From contig NZ_OZ253498.1 of assembly GCF_965262185.1 (NCBI RefSeq), positions 939,820 through 1,003,819 of the forward strand: 64,000 nucleotides of DNA, given 5' to 3'. The translations under genes were made by a program, and so were the position numbers. The DNA is from Candidatus Pelagibacter sp. (lineage in GTDB: Bacteria > Pseudomonadota > Alphaproteobacteria > Pelagibacterales > Pelagibacteraceae). The notes under the pieces are model-generated. The model worked only from the letters and a program-made list of their open reading frames with translations. It had not been told where the DNA came from and ran no database searches. Positions 37,888 through 52,420 of this stretch are shown here, piece by piece. Every line of letters starts with the position of its first letter. Position 1 is the stretch's first letter.

Positions 37888-39804
37888 ATGCCTATAATTA
37901 CATTACCTGATGGAAATAATATTAATTTTCCAAATAAAGTTACTGGATTAGAAGTAGCAGAAAAAATTAGCAAATCATTAGCTAAACAAGCAATGGTAAT
38001 AAGTGTAGATGGCGTGTTAAAAGACTTAGAATATTTAATTGAGAAAGACTGTTCGGTAAAAATTTTTACATCTAAAAATCCTGAGGGTCTAGAAACCATT
38101 AGACATGATACTGCTCACATATTGGCAATGGCAGTACAGGAATTGTTTCCAGGAACACAAGTTACGATTGGCCCTGTAATTGAAAACGGATTTTATTATG
38201 ATTTTGCTAGAAAAGACCCGTTTACAGAAGACGATTTAACAAAGATTGAAAATAAAATGAGAGAAATTGTTGATCGAGACGAGATTACCAAAAGGGAAGT
38301 TTGGGATAGAAATAAAGCCATAGATCATTTTAAAAAAAAAGGTGAAATCTATAAAGCTGAGTTAATTGAGGCAATACCGGAGAATGAAGATGTTTCAATT
38401 TATTTTCATGGAGATTGGCATGATCTTTGTAGAGGACCTCATCTTTCTTCAACAGGTAAAATTGGAAAATACTTCAAATTAATGAAAGTTTCTGGAGCTT
38501 ATTGGAGAGGTGATTCAAACAATGAAATGCTTCAAAGAATTTATGGTACAAGCTGGGCTTCTCAAAAAGATTTAGATGATCATCTAAAAAAAATAGAAGA
38601 AGCAGAAAAAAGAGATCATAGAAAATTAGGAAAAGAAATGGACTTGTTTCATTTTAGAGAAGAAAGTCCGGGCTCAGTTTTTTGGCATGAGAGAGGGTGG
38701 GCATTATTTCAAAAATTAATTAATTATATGAGAAGTAGACAGGATGCTGCTGGATACAAAGAGGTAAATACGCCTGAAATTTTAGACCGACAATTGTGGG
38801 AAAAATCTGGTCACTGGGAAAAATATGGAGAGAATATGTACACTTCAGAAACTCCTGATGAAAAAGTGTTTGCGATAAAACCAATGAATTGTCCTGGTCA
38901 CATACAAGTATTTAATCAGGGATTGAAAAGTTATAGAGATCTTCCATTACGAATAACAGAATTTGGTAAGGTTCATCGTTACGAACCATCGGGTGCTTTA
39001 CATGGTTTGCTTAGAGTAAGAGCTTTTACACAAGATGATGCGCATATTTTTTGTGCAGAAGATCAAATTACGAGTGAGTGTTTAAATGTAACAAATTTAA
39101 TTTTAGATATTTATAAAGACCTTGGTTTTGAAAATGTAATTTTAAAATATGCAGATCGACCAGAAGTTAGAGTTGGAGATGATAAGGTTTGGGACAAAGC
39201 AGAAGCCTCACTTCTTGAAGCAGTTAAAGCCTCTAAGTTAGAGTATAGTATTAATAAAGGTGAAGGTGCTTTCTACGGGCCAAAAATTGAATTTGTTTTA
39301 AGAGATGCTATTGGAAGAGATTGGCAATGTGGAACTTTACAAGTTGATTTAAATTTACCTGGAAGACTAGATGCATCATACGTTGATAAAGACGGAACAA
39401 AAAAAGTTCCAGTTATGCTTCATAGAGCGCTGTTTGGTTCTTTAGAAAGATTTATTGGAATATTGATTGAAAATTATGCTGGGAAATTTCCTTTTTGGAT
39501 TTCACCTTTACAGACAATGGTAATTCCAATTTCAGAAGAATTTAATGATTATGCAACAGAAGTTTCTAAAAAAATTAAAGATGCAGGTATAAGTTCTGCA
39601 GTTGACATTAAAAATAATAACTTAAACTATAAAATTAGAGATCATTCTTTAGCAAAAATACCTCTTTTGTTAATTTGTGGTAAAAAAGAAGTTGACTCCA
39701 ATTCAGTAACGATTAGAAGGTTAGACTCTAATAAACAAGAAAATATGGATATAGCTTCATTTTTAAAAACTTTCTCTGCTTTAAATAAAGCATCATCAAA
39801 CTAA
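37888..39804 (+). CDS. thrS: threonyl-tRNA synthetase
   Basis: 638 aa with a TGS domain, the editing-domain HDTAHILA, and class II motifs (FRAFTQDDAHIF, GTLQVD, HRALFGSLERF). Confidence 0.97.
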   Translation: MPIITLPDGNNINFPNKVTGLEVAEKISKSLAKQAMVISVDGVLKDLEYLIEKDCSVKIFTSKNPEGLETIRHDTAHILAMAVQELFPGTQVTIGPVIENGFYYDFARKDPFTEDDLTKIENKMREIVDRDEITKREVWDRNKAIDHFKKKGEIYKAELIEAIPENEDVSIYFHGDWHDLCRGPHLSSTGKIGKYFKLMKVSGAYWRGDSNNEMLQRIYGTSWASQKDLDDHLKKIEEAEKRDHRKLGKEMDLFHFREESPGSVFWHERGWALFQKLINYMRSRQDAAGYKEVNTPEILDRQLWEKSGHWEKYGENMYTSETPDEKVFAIKPMNCPGHIQVFNQGLKSYRDLPLRITEFGKVHRYEPSGALHGLLRVRAFTQDDAHIFCAEDQITSECLNVTNLILDIYKDLGFENVILKYADRPEVRVGDDKVWDKAEASLLEAVKASKLEYSINKGEGAFYGPKIEFVLRDAIGRDWQCGTLQVDLNLPGRLDASYVDKDGTKKVPVMLHRALFGSLERFIGILIENYAGKFPFWISPLQTMVIPISEEFNDYATEVSKKIKDAGISSAVDIKNNNLNYKIRDHSLAKIPLLLICGKKEVDSNSVTIRRLDSNKQENMDIASFLKTFSALNKASSN

Positions 39805-40350
39805 GTGGCAGATTTCAAACAAAACTACTTTCAAAGAAGAACAAAGGATAGAGGTCCAAGGTCTAATAACCGAATATCTTCACCGGATGTTCAGGTTATT
39901 GCAAGTGATGGTGAAAATCTTGGAGTGATAAGCACTAATGAAGCTATATCAATGGCAAAAAACCAAGGTTTAGATTTAATTGAAATTGCACCTAATGCAA
40001 ACCCACCTGTTTGTAAAATCATGGATATGGGAAAGTATAAATATGATGCACAAAAAAAAGCAAATCTTGCAAAAAAGAAACAAAAAATAATTTCATTAAA
40101 AGAAATTAAAATGAGACCTGTAACCGAAACTCATGATTATGAATTTAAGGTCAAAAATGCAAAAAAATTTATCTCCAAAGGAGATAAAGTTAAATTTACT
40201 ATCAGATTCAAAGGGCGAGAACTCCAACACTCTCATTTAGGCAATGAACTAATGGGTAAAATTAAAGAGGATATGAAGGATATTGGTAGAGTAGAGTTGC
40301 AACCTAAATTTGATGGGAAGCAAATGATCATGGTAATTCAACCTTTATAA
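39805..40350 (+). CDS. infC: translation initiation factor IF-3
   Basis: 181 aa with a GTG start abutting the thrS TAA. Motifs VQVIASDGENLGV, LDLIEIAPNANPPVCKIMD, KEIKMRP. Confidence 0.93.
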   Translation: MADFKQNYFQRRTKDRGPRSNNRISSPDVQVIASDGENLGVISTNEAISMAKNQGLDLIEIAPNANPPVCKIMDMGKYKYDAQKKANLAKKKQKIISLKEIKMRPVTETHDYEFKVKNAKKFISKGDKVKFTIRFKGRELQHSHLGNELMGKIKEDMKDIGRVELQPKFDGKQMIMVIQPL

Positions 40351-40403
40351 GCCTTAATAGAGGTTGTAAATTTTCAACATTCTTTGTATAAGTCCGCAGA
40401 ATT

Positions 40404-40610
40404 ATGCCAAAATTAAAAACAAAAAGCTCAGCAAAAAAAAGATTTAAAATATCAGCTAAGGGCAAAGTTATATCTGCTCAAGCAGGTAAAAGACACGGTA
40501 TGATTAAACGAACGAATTCACAAATAAGAAAATTAAGAGGCACTACGACTTTGTCTAAACAAGATGGCAAAATTGTTAAATCATACATGCCTTACAGTTT
40601 AAGAGGGTAA
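40404..40610 (+). CDS. rpmI: 50S ribosomal protein L35
   Basis: 68 aa: [15 protein letters not shown]...GKRHG. Confidence 0.95.
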   Translation: MPKLKTKSSAKKRFKISAKGKVISAQAGKRHGMIKRTNSQIRKLRGTTTLSKQDGKIVKSYMPYSLRG

Positions 40611-40612
40611 CA

Positions 40613-40969
40613 ATGGCAAGAGTTAAAAGAGGCGTAACAAGTAAAGCAAAACATAAAAAAGTTTTGAATGCCGTAAAAGGCCAGTGGGGCAGAAGAAAAA
40701 ATACTATCAGAGTTGCTAAACAAGCTATGGAGAAATCCATGCAGTATGCTTACAGAGATAGAAGAAATAAAAAAAGAGATTTTAAATCATTATGGATACA
40801 AAGAATTAATGCTGGTGTAAGAGCAGAGGGTATGACTTATTCTAAATTCATTAATGGTTTAAGTAAATGTGGTGTTGCAATAGATAGAAAAATTTTAGCT
40901 GAAATTGCTTACGATAGTCCAGAAGCATTTAAAACAATTGTACAAAAAGCTCAATCCGCTTTAAATTAA
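40613..40969 (+). CDS. rplT: 50S ribosomal protein L20
   Basis: 118 aa: [18 protein letters not shown]...[23 protein letters not shown]. Confidence 0.97.
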   Translation: MARVKRGVTSKAKHKKVLNAVKGQWGRRKNTIRVAKQAMEKSMQYAYRDRRNKKRDFKSLWIQRINAGVRAEGMTYSKFINGLSKCGVAIDRKILAEIAYDSPEAFKTIVQKAQSALN

Positions 40970-41009
40970 TCTCTATTGTTTTTATTTCTTAAGGAAATAA
41001 TCTACTAAT

Positions 41010-42077
41010 ATGTCAGACATAAAAAATATTAGAGATCAATTTTTATCAAAGCTTAAAAATGAGCTAAGCTTAGATGAAATCAATTCAATCAAAACAGAGT
41101 TATTTGGAAAAAATGGTCAAATTTCATCTTTATTTAAAACTGTAGGATCAATACCAGAGTCTGATAGAAAAACTTTTGCAGCAGACTTGAATAAAATAAA
41201 AGATGAACTGCAATCTTTAATTACGGAAAAGATTAAAGAAATAGAAAAAAAAGAAGTTAATCAAAAACTTGAAAAAGAAAAAGTTGATATAACTTTACCT
41301 GGAAGACCTTTTGTTAGAGGTAAAATTCATCCTGTATCTCAAACTATAGATGAAATTTCATCTATATTTTCAGAAATAGGTTTTAGTGTTGAAGAAGGAC
41401 CAGATGTAGAAAATGAATATAATAATTTTACTGCACTAAATACACCAGATAATCATCCGGCTCGTGATATGCACGATACTTTTTATTTAGACGAAAATAA
41501 GGAAGTTTTGTTAAGAACGCATACTTCACCAGTTCAAATTAGAACTATGTTAAAAGATAAGCCACCGTTTAAAATTATTGCTCCAGGTAGAACATATAGA
41601 TCAGATAGTGATCAAACACATGCGCCAATGTTCCATCAGGTTGAGGGCCTTCATATAGATAAAGATATTAACATGGGCCATTTAAAGGGATGTTTAAATT
41701 ATTTTATTAAAGAGTTCTTTGAAGTGGAAAAAATCAAAATGAGATTTAGACCAAGTCATTTCCCTTTTACAGAACCATCTGCGGAAGTAGATATTGGTTA
41801 CGAAATTAAAGATGGTAAAATTGTTATAGGAGAAGGGGATCAGTGGCTTGAAATTTTAGGATGTGGGATGGTTCATCCAAATGTTTTAAAAAATGTTAAA
41901 GTTGATCCTGCTAAATATCAAGGATATGCATTTGGCATAGGTATAGACAGGTTAGCTATGCTAAAATATGGCATTAATGATTTAAGAGCTTTCTTTGACT
42001 GTGATTATAGATGGTTAAATCACTTTGGATTTGATCCACTTGATGTACCCACAAATTATAGAGGTCTAAGTCGATGA
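41010..42077 (+). CDS. pheS: phenylalanyl-tRNA synthetase alpha subunit
   Basis: 355 aa with class II motifs ([41 protein letters not shown]). Confidence 0.97.
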   Translation: MSDIKNIRDQFLSKLKNELSLDEINSIKTELFGKNGQISSLFKTVGSIPESDRKTFAADLNKIKDELQSLITEKIKEIEKKEVNQKLEKEKVDITLPGRPFVRGKIHPVSQTIDEISSIFSEIGFSVEEGPDVENEYNNFTALNTPDNHPARDMHDTFYLDENKEVLLRTHTSPVQIRTMLKDKPPFKIIAPGRTYRSDSDQTHAPMFHQVEGLHIDKDINMGHLKGCLNYFIKEFFEVEKIKMRFRPSHFPFTEPSAEVDIGYEIKDGKIVIGEGDQWLEILGCGMVHPNVLKNVKVDPAKYQGYAFGIGIDRLAMLKYGINDLRAFFDCDYRWLNHFGFDPLDVPTNYRGLSR

Positions 42078-44482
42078 AGATAACATTTGATTGGTTAAAA
42101 GATCATTTATCTGTAAGTGCCAAGGAAGAGAAGTTACTTGAGAAATTAACTGATATTGGACTTGAAGTTGAAAGTGTTGAAAATTTATCTGAAGGTTTAG
42201 ATTTATTCAAAGTAGCAAAAATTTTAAAAACTGAAAAACATCCTAATGCAGACCGTTTAAAAGTTTGTGATGTTGATGTAGGTGAAAAAGAGATTAAGAA
42301 GGTCGTATGTGGTGCACCAAATGCTAGAGAAGGTTTAATTACTGTTTATGCTCCTCCTGGTGCGGTTATTCCAAAAAATAAAACTAAATTAGTTATAGCA
42401 AAAATTAGAGATGTTACATCTTATGGTATGCTTTGTTCTGAATCAGAACTCAATTTGTCTGAAGAAACTGATGGAATTACTGAGCTTTCATCTTCGAAAT
42501 ACAACAATAGTATTGGAAAAAGTTTTTTTACTCAATCTAGTTCTAATTTGATTGATTTATCAATCACACCCAACAGACCGGACTGTCTTGGTGTTAGAGG
42601 GATAGCTAGAGATTTAGCAGCTTCAGGCTTTGGTAAATTAAAACAGATTAAAGAACAAAAAATAAAATCGAAAAAATCTCAAACAATTAAAGTAAAAATT
42701 ACAAACGAAAAAAACCAAGGATGTTTTTCTTTTGGAAGCTGTTTGGTAACAAATGTAAAAAATACTGAAAGTCCAAAGTGGTTAAAGGATAAATTAATTT
42801 CTATAGGTCAAAAACCTATTTCAGCAATTGTTGATATTACAAATTATGTAATGATTGATATTAATCGTCCATTACACGCATATGATGTTGATAAAATTGA
42901 AAAAGGTATAATTGTTAGAAACTCAAAATCTGGTGAAGAGTTCACAGCTTTAGATAACAAAACCTATAAACTTGAAGATGATATGTGTGTAATTAGTGAT
43001 GATAAAGGTGTGTTAGGACTTGGTGGTATCATCGGAGGCACAAGATCTGGAACAGAAATGGATACACAAAATGTTTTAATCGAGTCAGCCTATTTTGATC
43101 CAAGATCAATTAGAAGAACAGCAAAAAGATTAAATATCGATACAGATGCAAAATTTAGATTTGAAAGAGGAATAGACCAATTATCAATTGAAGAAGGTTT
43201 AAATAAAGCAGCTTTTTTAATTAAAGAAATTTGTGGTGGTGAAATTAGTAAGCTAGATATTCAAAAAATCAGTACATTTAAAAATCAAATAATTAAATTT
43301 GATCCAAATTCGTTTGAAAAAGTTACAGGTTTTAAAATTTTAACAAAAGATATGTTAAAAATTTTAGATAACTTAGGTTTTACATGTAAAAAAGATAAAA
43401 AAGTTTTTAAACTAAGTATCCCATCCTGGAGACCAGATATTACTCAGGAAATAGATGTTGTTGAGGAATTGGTAAGAATAGTTGGTTATGATAATATAAA
43501 GATTGAAGAACCCATTAAAGAGAGAAAAAAATCCACTTTAACACAAACTCAAAAATTGTTTCATTTCCTTCAAAGATCTGTTGCTTCAAAAGGTTATTTG
43601 GAGGCAATTACTTGGTCTTTCACAGATGCAAAATATAATGATCATTTCAAAGGACAAAATGATGATTTAAAAATTGTGAACCCTATAAGTTCAGAATTAG
43701 GAGTTTTAAGAAATTCAATATTTTCAAATTTAATTATGTATATGAGCAAAAATATAGATAGAGGATTTAAAGATTTATCTATTTTTGAAATAGGACCAAT
43801 ATTTTTTGGAAAACAACCTGGTGAACAAAATATAGTAGTCTGTGGTTTATCTGCTGGAAAAAAATCTCGTCTTTCTTGGTTAGAAAAAGAGAGAAATGTC
43901 GATGTTTTTGATATTAAAAAAGATGTAGTTCAAACTTTAGTTGAAGCAGGTTACGATGAAGAAAAATTTTTTATTGATGATGAGACACCTGATTATTATC
44001 ATCCAGGTAAATCAGGAAGATTATTTTTGAACAGAGGTAAAGAAAGTGTGGCTGCATACTTTGGTGAAATTCATCCAAATATCATTAAGCAAATAGATAT
44101 GAAAACCGAGTCTTTAGTAGGTTTTGAAATATTTCTTGATAATTTAAAATTACCAAAAAAATCATTAAAAGATCAAAAAACAAGATATTCTGTTTCAGAT
44201 TATCAAAAGTCAGAAAGGGATTTTGCTTTTATAGTTGATAAGAAAATTAAAGTTCAAGATTTGGTAAATGTTGTATCAAATGTTGATAAAAATTTGATTT
44301 CTAACATTAAAGTTTTTGATGTTTATGAGGGCGATAATATTCCTGAAAACCAAAAATCAATTGCGTTCAGTGTTACAATTCAATCTCAAGAAAAAACTCT
44401 TAAAGAAGCAGATTTAGATCAAATAAATAAGTCTATTATAGAAACAGTCGAAAATAAAACTGGCGCTAAAATTCGATCCTAA
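42074..44482 (+). CDS. pheT: phenylalanyl-tRNA synthetase beta subunit
   Basis: 802 aa with an N-terminal tRNA-binding domain ([16 protein letters not shown]), B3/4 and B5 domains and a C-terminal FDX-ACB domain. Overlaps pheS by 4 nt. Confidence 0.97.
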   Translation: MKITFDWLKDHLSVSAKEEKLLEKLTDIGLEVESVENLSEGLDLFKVAKILKTEKHPNADRLKVCDVDVGEKEIKKVVCGAPNAREGLITVYAPPGAVIPKNKTKLVIAKIRDVTSYGMLCSESELNLSEETDGITELSSSKYNNSIGKSFFTQSSSNLIDLSITPNRPDCLGVRGIARDLAASGFGKLKQIKEQKIKSKKSQTIKVKITNEKNQGCFSFGSCLVTNVKNTESPKWLKDKLISIGQKPISAIVDITNYVMIDINRPLHAYDVDKIEKGIIVRNSKSGEEFTALDNKTYKLEDDMCVISDDKGVLGLGGIIGGTRSGTEMDTQNVLIESAYFDPRSIRRTAKRLNIDTDAKFRFERGIDQLSIEEGLNKAAFLIKEICGGEISKLDIQKISTFKNQIIKFDPNSFEKVTGFKILTKDMLKILDNLGFTCKKDKKVFKLSIPSWRPDITQEIDVVEELVRIVGYDNIKIEEPIKERKKSTLTQTQKLFHFLQRSVASKGYLEAITWSFTDAKYNDHFKGQNDDLKIVNPISSELGVLRNSIFSNLIMYMSKNIDRGFKDLSIFEIGPIFFGKQPGEQNIVVCGLSAGKKSRLSWLEKERNVDVFDIKKDVVQTLVEAGYDEEKFFIDDETPDYYHPGKSGRLFLNRGKESVAAYFGEIHPNIIKQIDMKTESLVGFEIFLDNLKLPKKSLKDQKTRYSVSDYQKSERDFAFIVDKKIKVQDLVNVVSNVDKNLISNIKVFDVYEGDNIPENQKSIAFSVTIQSQEKTLKEADLDQINKSIIETVENKTGAKIRS

Positions 44483-44487
44483 AGCCA

Positions 44488-46296
44488 ATGAGTTCAATCG
44501 ATAATATAAGAAATTTTGCAATCATTGCACACATTGATCATGGAAAATCTACTATTGCAGACAGAATAATTCACAGTTGTGGTGGCCTGACTGAAAGAGA
44601 GATGAAAGCTCAAGTTTTAGATTCAATGGATATTGAACGAGAGAGAGGTATCACCATTAAAGCTCAAACAGTAAAGTTAAATTATAAAGCTAAAGATGGA
44701 AAAGAATATATTTTAAATATTATAGATACACCTGGCCATGTAGACTTTAGCTATGAGGTAAGTAGATCATTATACGCGTGTGAAGGTTCAATTTTGATTG
44801 TGGATAGTACTCAAGGAGTTGAGGCTCAAACTTTAGCAAATGTTTATCAAGCATTAGATACAAATCATGAAATTGTCCCAGTATTAAATAAAGTAGATTT
44901 ACCAGCTTCTGATTTAGAAAGAACAAAAAAGCAAATTGAGGAAGTTATTGGGATAGATACTGAGAATGCTATTCCGTGTTCTGGAAAAACCGGCGAAGGA
45001 ATAGGAGATATTTTAGAGCAAATTATAACGACTTTACCAGCACCAAAAGGTGAAAGTTCATCGGATTTAAAATGTTTACTAGTTGATAGTTGGTACGATA
45101 CTTATTTAGGTGTTGTCATATTAGTTAGAGTTATAGATGGCAAACTTTCAAAACATATGAAGATCAAAATGATGTCTACAAATCAAGAATATATTGTAGA
45201 AAAAGTTGGTGTTTTTACTCCAAAACCAGTTGATATCACTGAATTAAAAACAGGAGAAATAGGATTTATCACAACAGGTATAAAAGTGTTATCAGAGACA
45301 AAAGTTGGAGACACTATTTGTGATGCAACAAAACCATTAAATGAAGCTTTACCAGGTTTTAAACCAAGTAAGCCTGTAGTATTTTGTGGATTGTTTCCTG
45401 TAGATAGTTCAGAGTTTCAAAAATTAAAAGATGGTTTAGCAAAATTACAATTAAATGATGCAAGTTTTTCTTTTGAACCAGAATCATCTTCAGCTTTAGG
45501 TTTAGGATTTAGATGTGGGTTTTTAGGTTTACTTCATTTAGAAATAGTAACTGAAAGACTTGAAAGAGAATTTGACGTTAATTTATTAACAACAACACCA
45601 GGAGTAGTTTATAAAGTTCATTTGAATAATGGTGATACTATGGATTTACAAAATCCATCAAGTTTACCAGATCCTACATTAATAAAATATATTGAAGAAC
45701 CTTGGATTAAGGCAACCATTATTACTCCAGACCAGTACTTAGGTTCAATAATTAAAATGTGTCAAGACAAAAGAGGAGTGCAAACAAACCTTAGTTATTC
45801 TGGAAGTAGAGCAGTAGTAAATTATGAACTTCCCTTAAATGAAGTTGTGTTTGATTTCAACGATAGACTTAAGTCAATGACGAGTGGATATGCAAGTTTT
45901 GATTATGAAATAATTGAGCACAGAGAAGGCGATCTAGTAAGACTTGGTATTTTAGTTAATGGTGAACCTGTTGATGCTTTAGCTATGATGATACATAAAG
46001 ATTTTGCTCAAAAAACTGGAAGAGAAGTTTGTGAAAAATTAAAAGACTTGATTCCGAGACATAATTTTATGATTCCTGTTCAAGCAGCAATAGGAGGAAA
46101 AATTATTGCAAGAGAAACAATAAAAGGTTTTAAAAAAGATGTTTTAACAAAAATTCATGGCGGTGGAGCTACAGATAGAAAAAGAAAATTATTAGAAAAA
46201 CAAAAAAAGGGTAAGGCTAGATCAAAACAATTTGGAAGAGTAGAAATACCCCAAGAGGCATTTATTGGTGTTTTAAAAATAAGTAAAGAAAAATGA
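44488..46296 (+). CDS. lepA: elongation factor 4 (LepA)
   Basis: 602 aa with [33 protein letters not shown] and the LepA-specific C-terminal domain. Confidence 0.97.
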   Translation: MSSIDNIRNFAIIAHIDHGKSTIADRIIHSCGGLTEREMKAQVLDSMDIERERGITIKAQTVKLNYKAKDGKEYILNIIDTPGHVDFSYEVSRSLYACEGSILIVDSTQGVEAQTLANVYQALDTNHEIVPVLNKVDLPASDLERTKKQIEEVIGIDTENAIPCSGKTGEGIGDILEQIITTLPAPKGESSSDLKCLLVDSWYDTYLGVVILVRVIDGKLSKHMKIKMMSTNQEYIVEKVGVFTPKPVDITELKTGEIGFITTGIKVLSETKVGDTICDATKPLNEALPGFKPSKPVVFCGLFPVDSSEFQKLKDGLAKLQLNDASFSFEPESSSALGLGFRCGFLGLLHLEIVTERLEREFDVNLLTTTPGVVYKVHLNNGDTMDLQNPSSLPDPTLIKYIEEPWIKATIITPDQYLGSIIKMCQDKRGVQTNLSYSGSRAVVNYELPLNEVVFDFNDRLKSMTSGYASFDYEIIEHREGDLVRLGILVNGEPVDALAMMIHKDFAQKTGREVCEKLKDLIPRHNFMIPVQAAIGGKIIARETIKGFKKDVLTKIHGGGATDRKRKLLEKQKKGKARSKQFGRVEIPQEAFIGVLKISKEK

Positions 46297-47078
46297 GCAT
46301 AAAATTATTACTTGGTATTTCAATTTTTTTAAATTTAATTTTAATTTATTTTTTAAATAAAAAAAAAATTAAAAGATTCTTTTATGATGATAAAATAAAA
46401 AATATTGAACTTGCAGATATACATTCTTCATTTAAGCTAAAAAAAATATCTGAAAATTTATCTGGCCCAAATAATAATGCTATTATAAAAAGTTTTAGTA
46501 TTAGTGCAGGTAACAATATTGTAGGAATGACATCTGACTATGAAGCCTGGATTATTTCGACATTAAGTAAATCAAGTAAAAATATTTTTGAATTTGGAAC
46601 ATGTAGTGGAAAAACAACTTATTTAATGGCATTAAATTCTTCATCTGATGCTAAGATTAATTCAATTACTATTGGACCAAATGAATTAGAGGAATTAGAG
46701 AAAAACAAAGATGATAATAGAGTTTCCTATAGGAATGTAATCAATGAAAGTATATATGAAAGTTTTTTATTTTCAGGAAGTGATGTAGAAAATAAAATTA
46801 ACGTAATATTTGAAAATTCTCTAAAATTTGACCACACACAATATAAAGATAAAATGGATTTAATTTTTATCGACGGAGGTCATACTTACTCAATAGTCAA
46901 AAATGATTCTCAAAAATCTTTCGAAATGTTAAAAAAAAATGGAATAATTCTTTGGCACGATTATGTCCCTGGAAAAACATCGTCTAAGGACATAGTAAAA
47001 TATCTAAACGAAATCTCAAAAAATAAAAAAATTTATAAAATTAAAAATACATCATTTTGCTTTTTTAAAAGTGATTGA
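46293..47078 (+). CDS. membrane-anchored class I SAM-dependent methyltransferase (Methyltransf_24-like)
   Basis: 261 aa with an N-terminal TM helix, motif [12 protein letters not shown], and [10 protein letters not shown] ... ILWHDY typical of this MTase group. ATGA overlap with the lepA stop. Confidence 0.6.
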   Translation: MSIKLLLGISIFLNLILIYFLNKKKIKRFFYDDKIKNIELADIHSSFKLKKISENLSGPNNNAIIKSFSISAGNNIVGMTSDYEAWIISTLSKSSKNIFEFGTCSGKTTYLMALNSSSDAKINSITIGPNELEELEKNKDDNRVSYRNVINESIYESFLFSGSDVENKINVIFENSLKFDHTQYKDKMDLIFIDGGHTYSIVKNDSQKSFEMLKKNGIILWHDYVPGKTSSKDIVKYLNEISKNKKIYKIKNTSFCFFKSD

Positions 47079-47079
47079 C

Positions 47080-47169
47080 GGAGAGATGGCCGAGTGGTTG
47101 AAGGCGCACGCTTGGAAAGCGTGTAAAGGAGCAATTCTTTCATGGGTTCGAATCCCATTCTCTCCGCCA
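47080..47169 (+). tRNA. tRNA-Ser (anticodon GGA), CCA encoded
   Basis: Acceptor stem GGAGAGA/TCTCTCC, anticodon stem cacgc/gcgtg with loop TTGGAAA, long variable arm, T-loop GTTCGAATC, 3' GCCA. It starts 2 nt after the methyltransferase stop. Confidence 0.93.
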
Positions 47170-47280
47170 TTAAATTACCTAAGTATTTCAACAATAATTT
47201 AAGGTTTCTGTCTTCATATTATTGAGATAATTCAGCAATTTTTTTAAAAAATGTTATATTTATTTTTTTCCAAAATTTAA

Positions 47281-49341
<2,061 letters not shown>

Positions 49342-49343
49342 AA

Positions 49344-50627
49344 ATGAAGTTTTTTGAAACTTCAAAACATCACTCTTTCAAAAAGTCTACTTATATTACC
49401 TTAAGATGGATTGGGATAATTGGACAGTTAATTGCAGTTAATTTTGTATACTTTGTCTTAGATTTTAAATTTGATTTTATAACTTCTAATTTAGTTATAT
49501 TGGTTGGTGTCGTAAGTAATTTTTACTTAATTTTTATATATAAAAAGACTCAATTATCAGATAGATCAGCTTTCATTTTTTTAGTTATTGATATTTTGCA
49601 ACTAGCTATATTACTTTATTTATCAGGTGGAATTATTAATCCTTTTGTTATTTTCATAATTATTCCGAGTGTATTTTCATCTTCTAATTTAAGTTTTAGA
49701 ACAAATACTTTGCTTGTATTTTTAACAGCTTTCTTAATTATCTTTTTAACTTTTTATTCAACAGAATTACCTTCTCCATTTGGTGATCATTTTCATGTAA
49801 GCCCTTATTACTATTATTCTATTCCAATCGCTTTGATTATTGCTCTTGTTTTTTTGAATTATTTTGCAATGACTTTTGGAACTCAGTCCAGGTTAAGAAA
49901 AGAAGCTCTAACTAAAATGGAAGAAGTAATGGCCAAGGAACATGAGCTACTATCCTTAGGTGGTCAAGCTGCTGCAGCCGCACATTCTTTGGGAACGCCT
50001 CTTTCAACCATAAAAATAATTACCCAAGAATTACTAAAACAATTTGAAGGTAATAAAGATGTAGAAAAAGATATCAATTTATTATTCAGTCAGGTTAAAA
50101 GATGTAATGAAATATTAAAAAAATTAACATTAAATCCAGATGAAGAAGATGAATTTATTGATAAGGATATTTCAATTAGAGATTATTTAAATGAAATTTT
50201 AAATTCATTTAAAGAAATAAGTACGAAGAACTTTATCTTTAATTTTGATCAAGACTCTAATTCAAAAAAAATAGTTAAATCTATAGAAATTGTCTATGGA
50301 CTAAGAAATTTCCTTGGTAATGCTAATAAATTTTCTGATGAAAATATTTTTATAAATCTAAAGAGTGATAGTGAATTTACTGAAATAAGTATTGAGGATG
50401 ATGGTCCCGGCTATCCAAAGGATATTTTGTCAAAAATCGGTGAACCATATTTAAAATCAAATAACCCTCAAGATAAATCAAAAACAGGGCTTGGTTTAGG
50501 TTTGTTTATAGGAAAAACATTGTTAGAAAAAAATTTTGCTTCTGTAATATGTAGAAACTCTAAAACAAGATCTGGTGCTGAAGTGATAATTAAATGGAAA
50601 AATAAAAATTTATTTAATATTCAATGA
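49344..50627 (+). CDS. regB: redox-sensing histidine kinase RegB/PrrB/ActS family
   Basis: 427 aa with 6 TM helices carrying the conserved quinone-site GGxxNPF (GGIINPF), the H-box [14 protein letters not shown], the redox-box Cys ([11 protein letters not shown]), and N/G boxes (GNANKF, DDGPGYP, GLGLGLF). Confidence 0.8.
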   Translation: MKFFETSKHHSFKKSTYITLRWIGIIGQLIAVNFVYFVLDFKFDFITSNLVILVGVVSNFYLIFIYKKTQLSDRSAFIFLVIDILQLAILLYLSGGIINPFVIFIIIPSVFSSSNLSFRTNTLLVFLTAFLIIFLTFYSTELPSPFGDHFHVSPYYYYSIPIALIIALVFLNYFAMTFGTQSRLRKEALTKMEEVMAKEHELLSLGGQAAAAAHSLGTPLSTIKIITQELLKQFEGNKDVEKDINLLFSQVKRCNEILKKLTLNPDEEDEFIDKDISIRDYLNEILNSFKEISTKNFIFNFDQDSNSKKIVKSIEIVYGLRNFLGNANKFSDENIFINLKSDSEFTEISIEDDGPGYPKDILSKIGEPYLKSNNPQDKSKTGLGLGLFIGKTLLEKNFASVICRNSKTRSGAEVIIKWKNKNLFNIQ

Positions 50628-52420
50628 AATTTTTTCTTTGTTTCGAACAAAGAGCTAAGTTGAGATATCATCACATCACCTAATTCATTTACATCAGTAA
50701 TTTTTATAGCTCTATCATAATATCTCGAAACATCATGGCCAATACCAATCGCTAAAATTTCAATATCAGATTTATTCTCAATAAATTTGACCATTTTCTT
50801 TAAATGTTTTTCTAAAAAGTCTCCTGAATTTACTGAAAGTGTTGAGTCGTCAACTGGTGCTCCATCAGAAATTACCATTAAAATTTTTCTTTCTTCTTTT
50901 CTTTTTTTAATCCGGTTGTATGCCCAAGATATAGCTTCTCCATCAATATTTTCTTTTAATAAACCCTCTTTTAACATCAGGCCTAAATTATTTTTTGCCT
51001 GTCTCCAATGTGTATCTGCACCTTTATAAATTATATGTCTTAGATCGTTAAGTCTCCCAGGTGTTTTTGGTTTTGAATTTTTAGTCCAAAATTCTCTACT
51101 TTGTCCACCTTTCCAGTTTTTTGTGGTAAATCCTAAAATCTCTACTTTTACCGAACATCTTTCAAGTGTTCTTGACAGGATGTCTGCGCAGATAGCAGCA
51201 ATCGTTATTGGTCTCCCTCTCATAGATCCAGAATTATCAATAAGCAAAGTTACAACTGTGTCTTTAAAGTCTAGATCTTTTTCTTTTTTAAATGACAAAG
51301 AGTTATATGGATCCATTATTATTCTTGGTAACTTTGAACTATCAAGCAAGCCTTCTTCTAAATCAAATTCCCAAGCTCTGTTTTGCTTTGCTAGTAATTG
51401 TCTTTGAAGTTTATTAGCTAATTTAGTAATTACATCTTGGAAACCAACTAACTGTTGATCTAAATTTTTTCTAAGTTTAGTAGTTTCATCTGCATTTTCT
51501 AGATTTTCAGCTTTAACAACTTCATCGTATTGTGTAGTAAATATTTTGTAATCAAGATTTACATTATCAATTTTTTTTTGAATTACCTGCTCAGAGTTTT
51601 GTTCATCAGACTCAACATCTGACAACTGATCATCCAAATTAAACTCGTCTATATTATAATCAGCATCAACAGATGCCTCTGTTTGCTGTTCATCATTTTC
51701 ATCTTTGCCATCTTCATTATCTTTATTTTGGTCATCATTTGAGGGATTGTCTTGACCTTGATCTTGATTTTCTTCCTCTTCTTGATCTTCCTCATCACTT
51801 TGAAAAATATCCATTTCTTCTAGTATTTCAGAAAATTTAGAACCATACGTATTTTGATTTTCTAAATTATTTAATAAAAATTCTTTATGTTTCTTAATTG
51901 ATTGCTCAAAATCTTTTTCCCAGAAATTAAGCATTCTAGATGTTAAAGGATTTAGATCAATATTATGAAAATTTTTAAGCATATATAACTCAAATGCTTC
52001 AGCAACAGGAACGTCCTCTTTTGTTTTAAGCTGATCTTTTCTTTTACGATTAATTATTTGTGAATAGTTTTCAGAAAAATTTTTTTGAATTCCTTTCAAC
52101 ATTTTGCCCCCTAGGGCCTCATATCTAATTTTTTCAGCTATATTATATAAAGATCTAGAGGAAGTGTTTGAAGGCAAATTTTTTTTGTAAATTTTTTCAT
52201 TAGAAAACCTTTTTTTAAGTGCTGTAGAGTCTGTTTCAGCCCTTAATTTTATAAAATCACTTGGACTAGTTAGATCATTTATTTCAAAAGACGAAATATC
52301 TTTAGTCTTTTTATCTTCAGAAGATTTGTTGTTTATGTCAATATCGTCTGCGATAACTTTTGCTGTTGAAGATAAAGCAATTCTAAATTTTTCTTTTAAA
52401 TTTGTTTCTTTATTGCTCAT
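50621..52420 (-). CDS. cobT: CobT-like von Willebrand factor A protein
   Basis: 599 aa with a CobT-type N-terminal region, a central poly-acidic tract ([18 protein letters not shown]...DENDEQQTE) and a C-terminal VWA domain with the MIDAS motif LLIDNSGSM. Confidence 0.8.
   Translation of the reverse strand: MSNKETNLKEKFRIALSSTAKVIADDIDINNKSSEDKKTKDISSFEINDLTSPSDFIKLRAETDSTALKKRFSNEKIYKKNLPSNTSSRSLYNIAEKIRYEALGGKMLKGIQKNFSENYSQIINRKRKDQLKTKEDVPVAEAFELYMLKNFHNIDLNPLTSRMLNFWEKDFEQSIKKHKEFLLNNLENQNTYGSKFSEILEEMDIFQSDEEDQEEEENQDQGQDNPSNDDQNKDNEDGKDENDEQQTEASVDADYNIDEFNLDDQLSDVESDEQNSEQVIQKKIDNVNLDYKIFTTQYDEVVKAENLENADETTKLRKNLDQQLVGFQDVITKLANKLQRQLLAKQNRAWEFDLEEGLLDSSKLPRIIMDPYNSLSFKKEKDLDFKDTVVTLLIDNSGSMRGRPITIAAICADILSRTLERCSVKVEILGFTTKNWKGGQSREFWTKNSKPKTPGRLNDLRHIIYKGADTHWRQAKNNLGLMLKEGLLKENIDGEAISWAYNRIKKRKEERKILMVISDGAPVDDSTLSVNSGDFLEKHLKKMVKFIENKSDIEILAIGIGHDVSRYYDRAIKITDVNELGDVMISQLSSLFETKKKFH

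Noticed and set aside
40351-41009. L20-mediated translational operator / pseudoknot upstream of rpmI, and a hairpin after rplT (tatttcttaaggaaata).
   Set aside because: Only 4-7 bp AT-rich stems are present, with no T-tract. That is too weak to distinguish from background in this composition.
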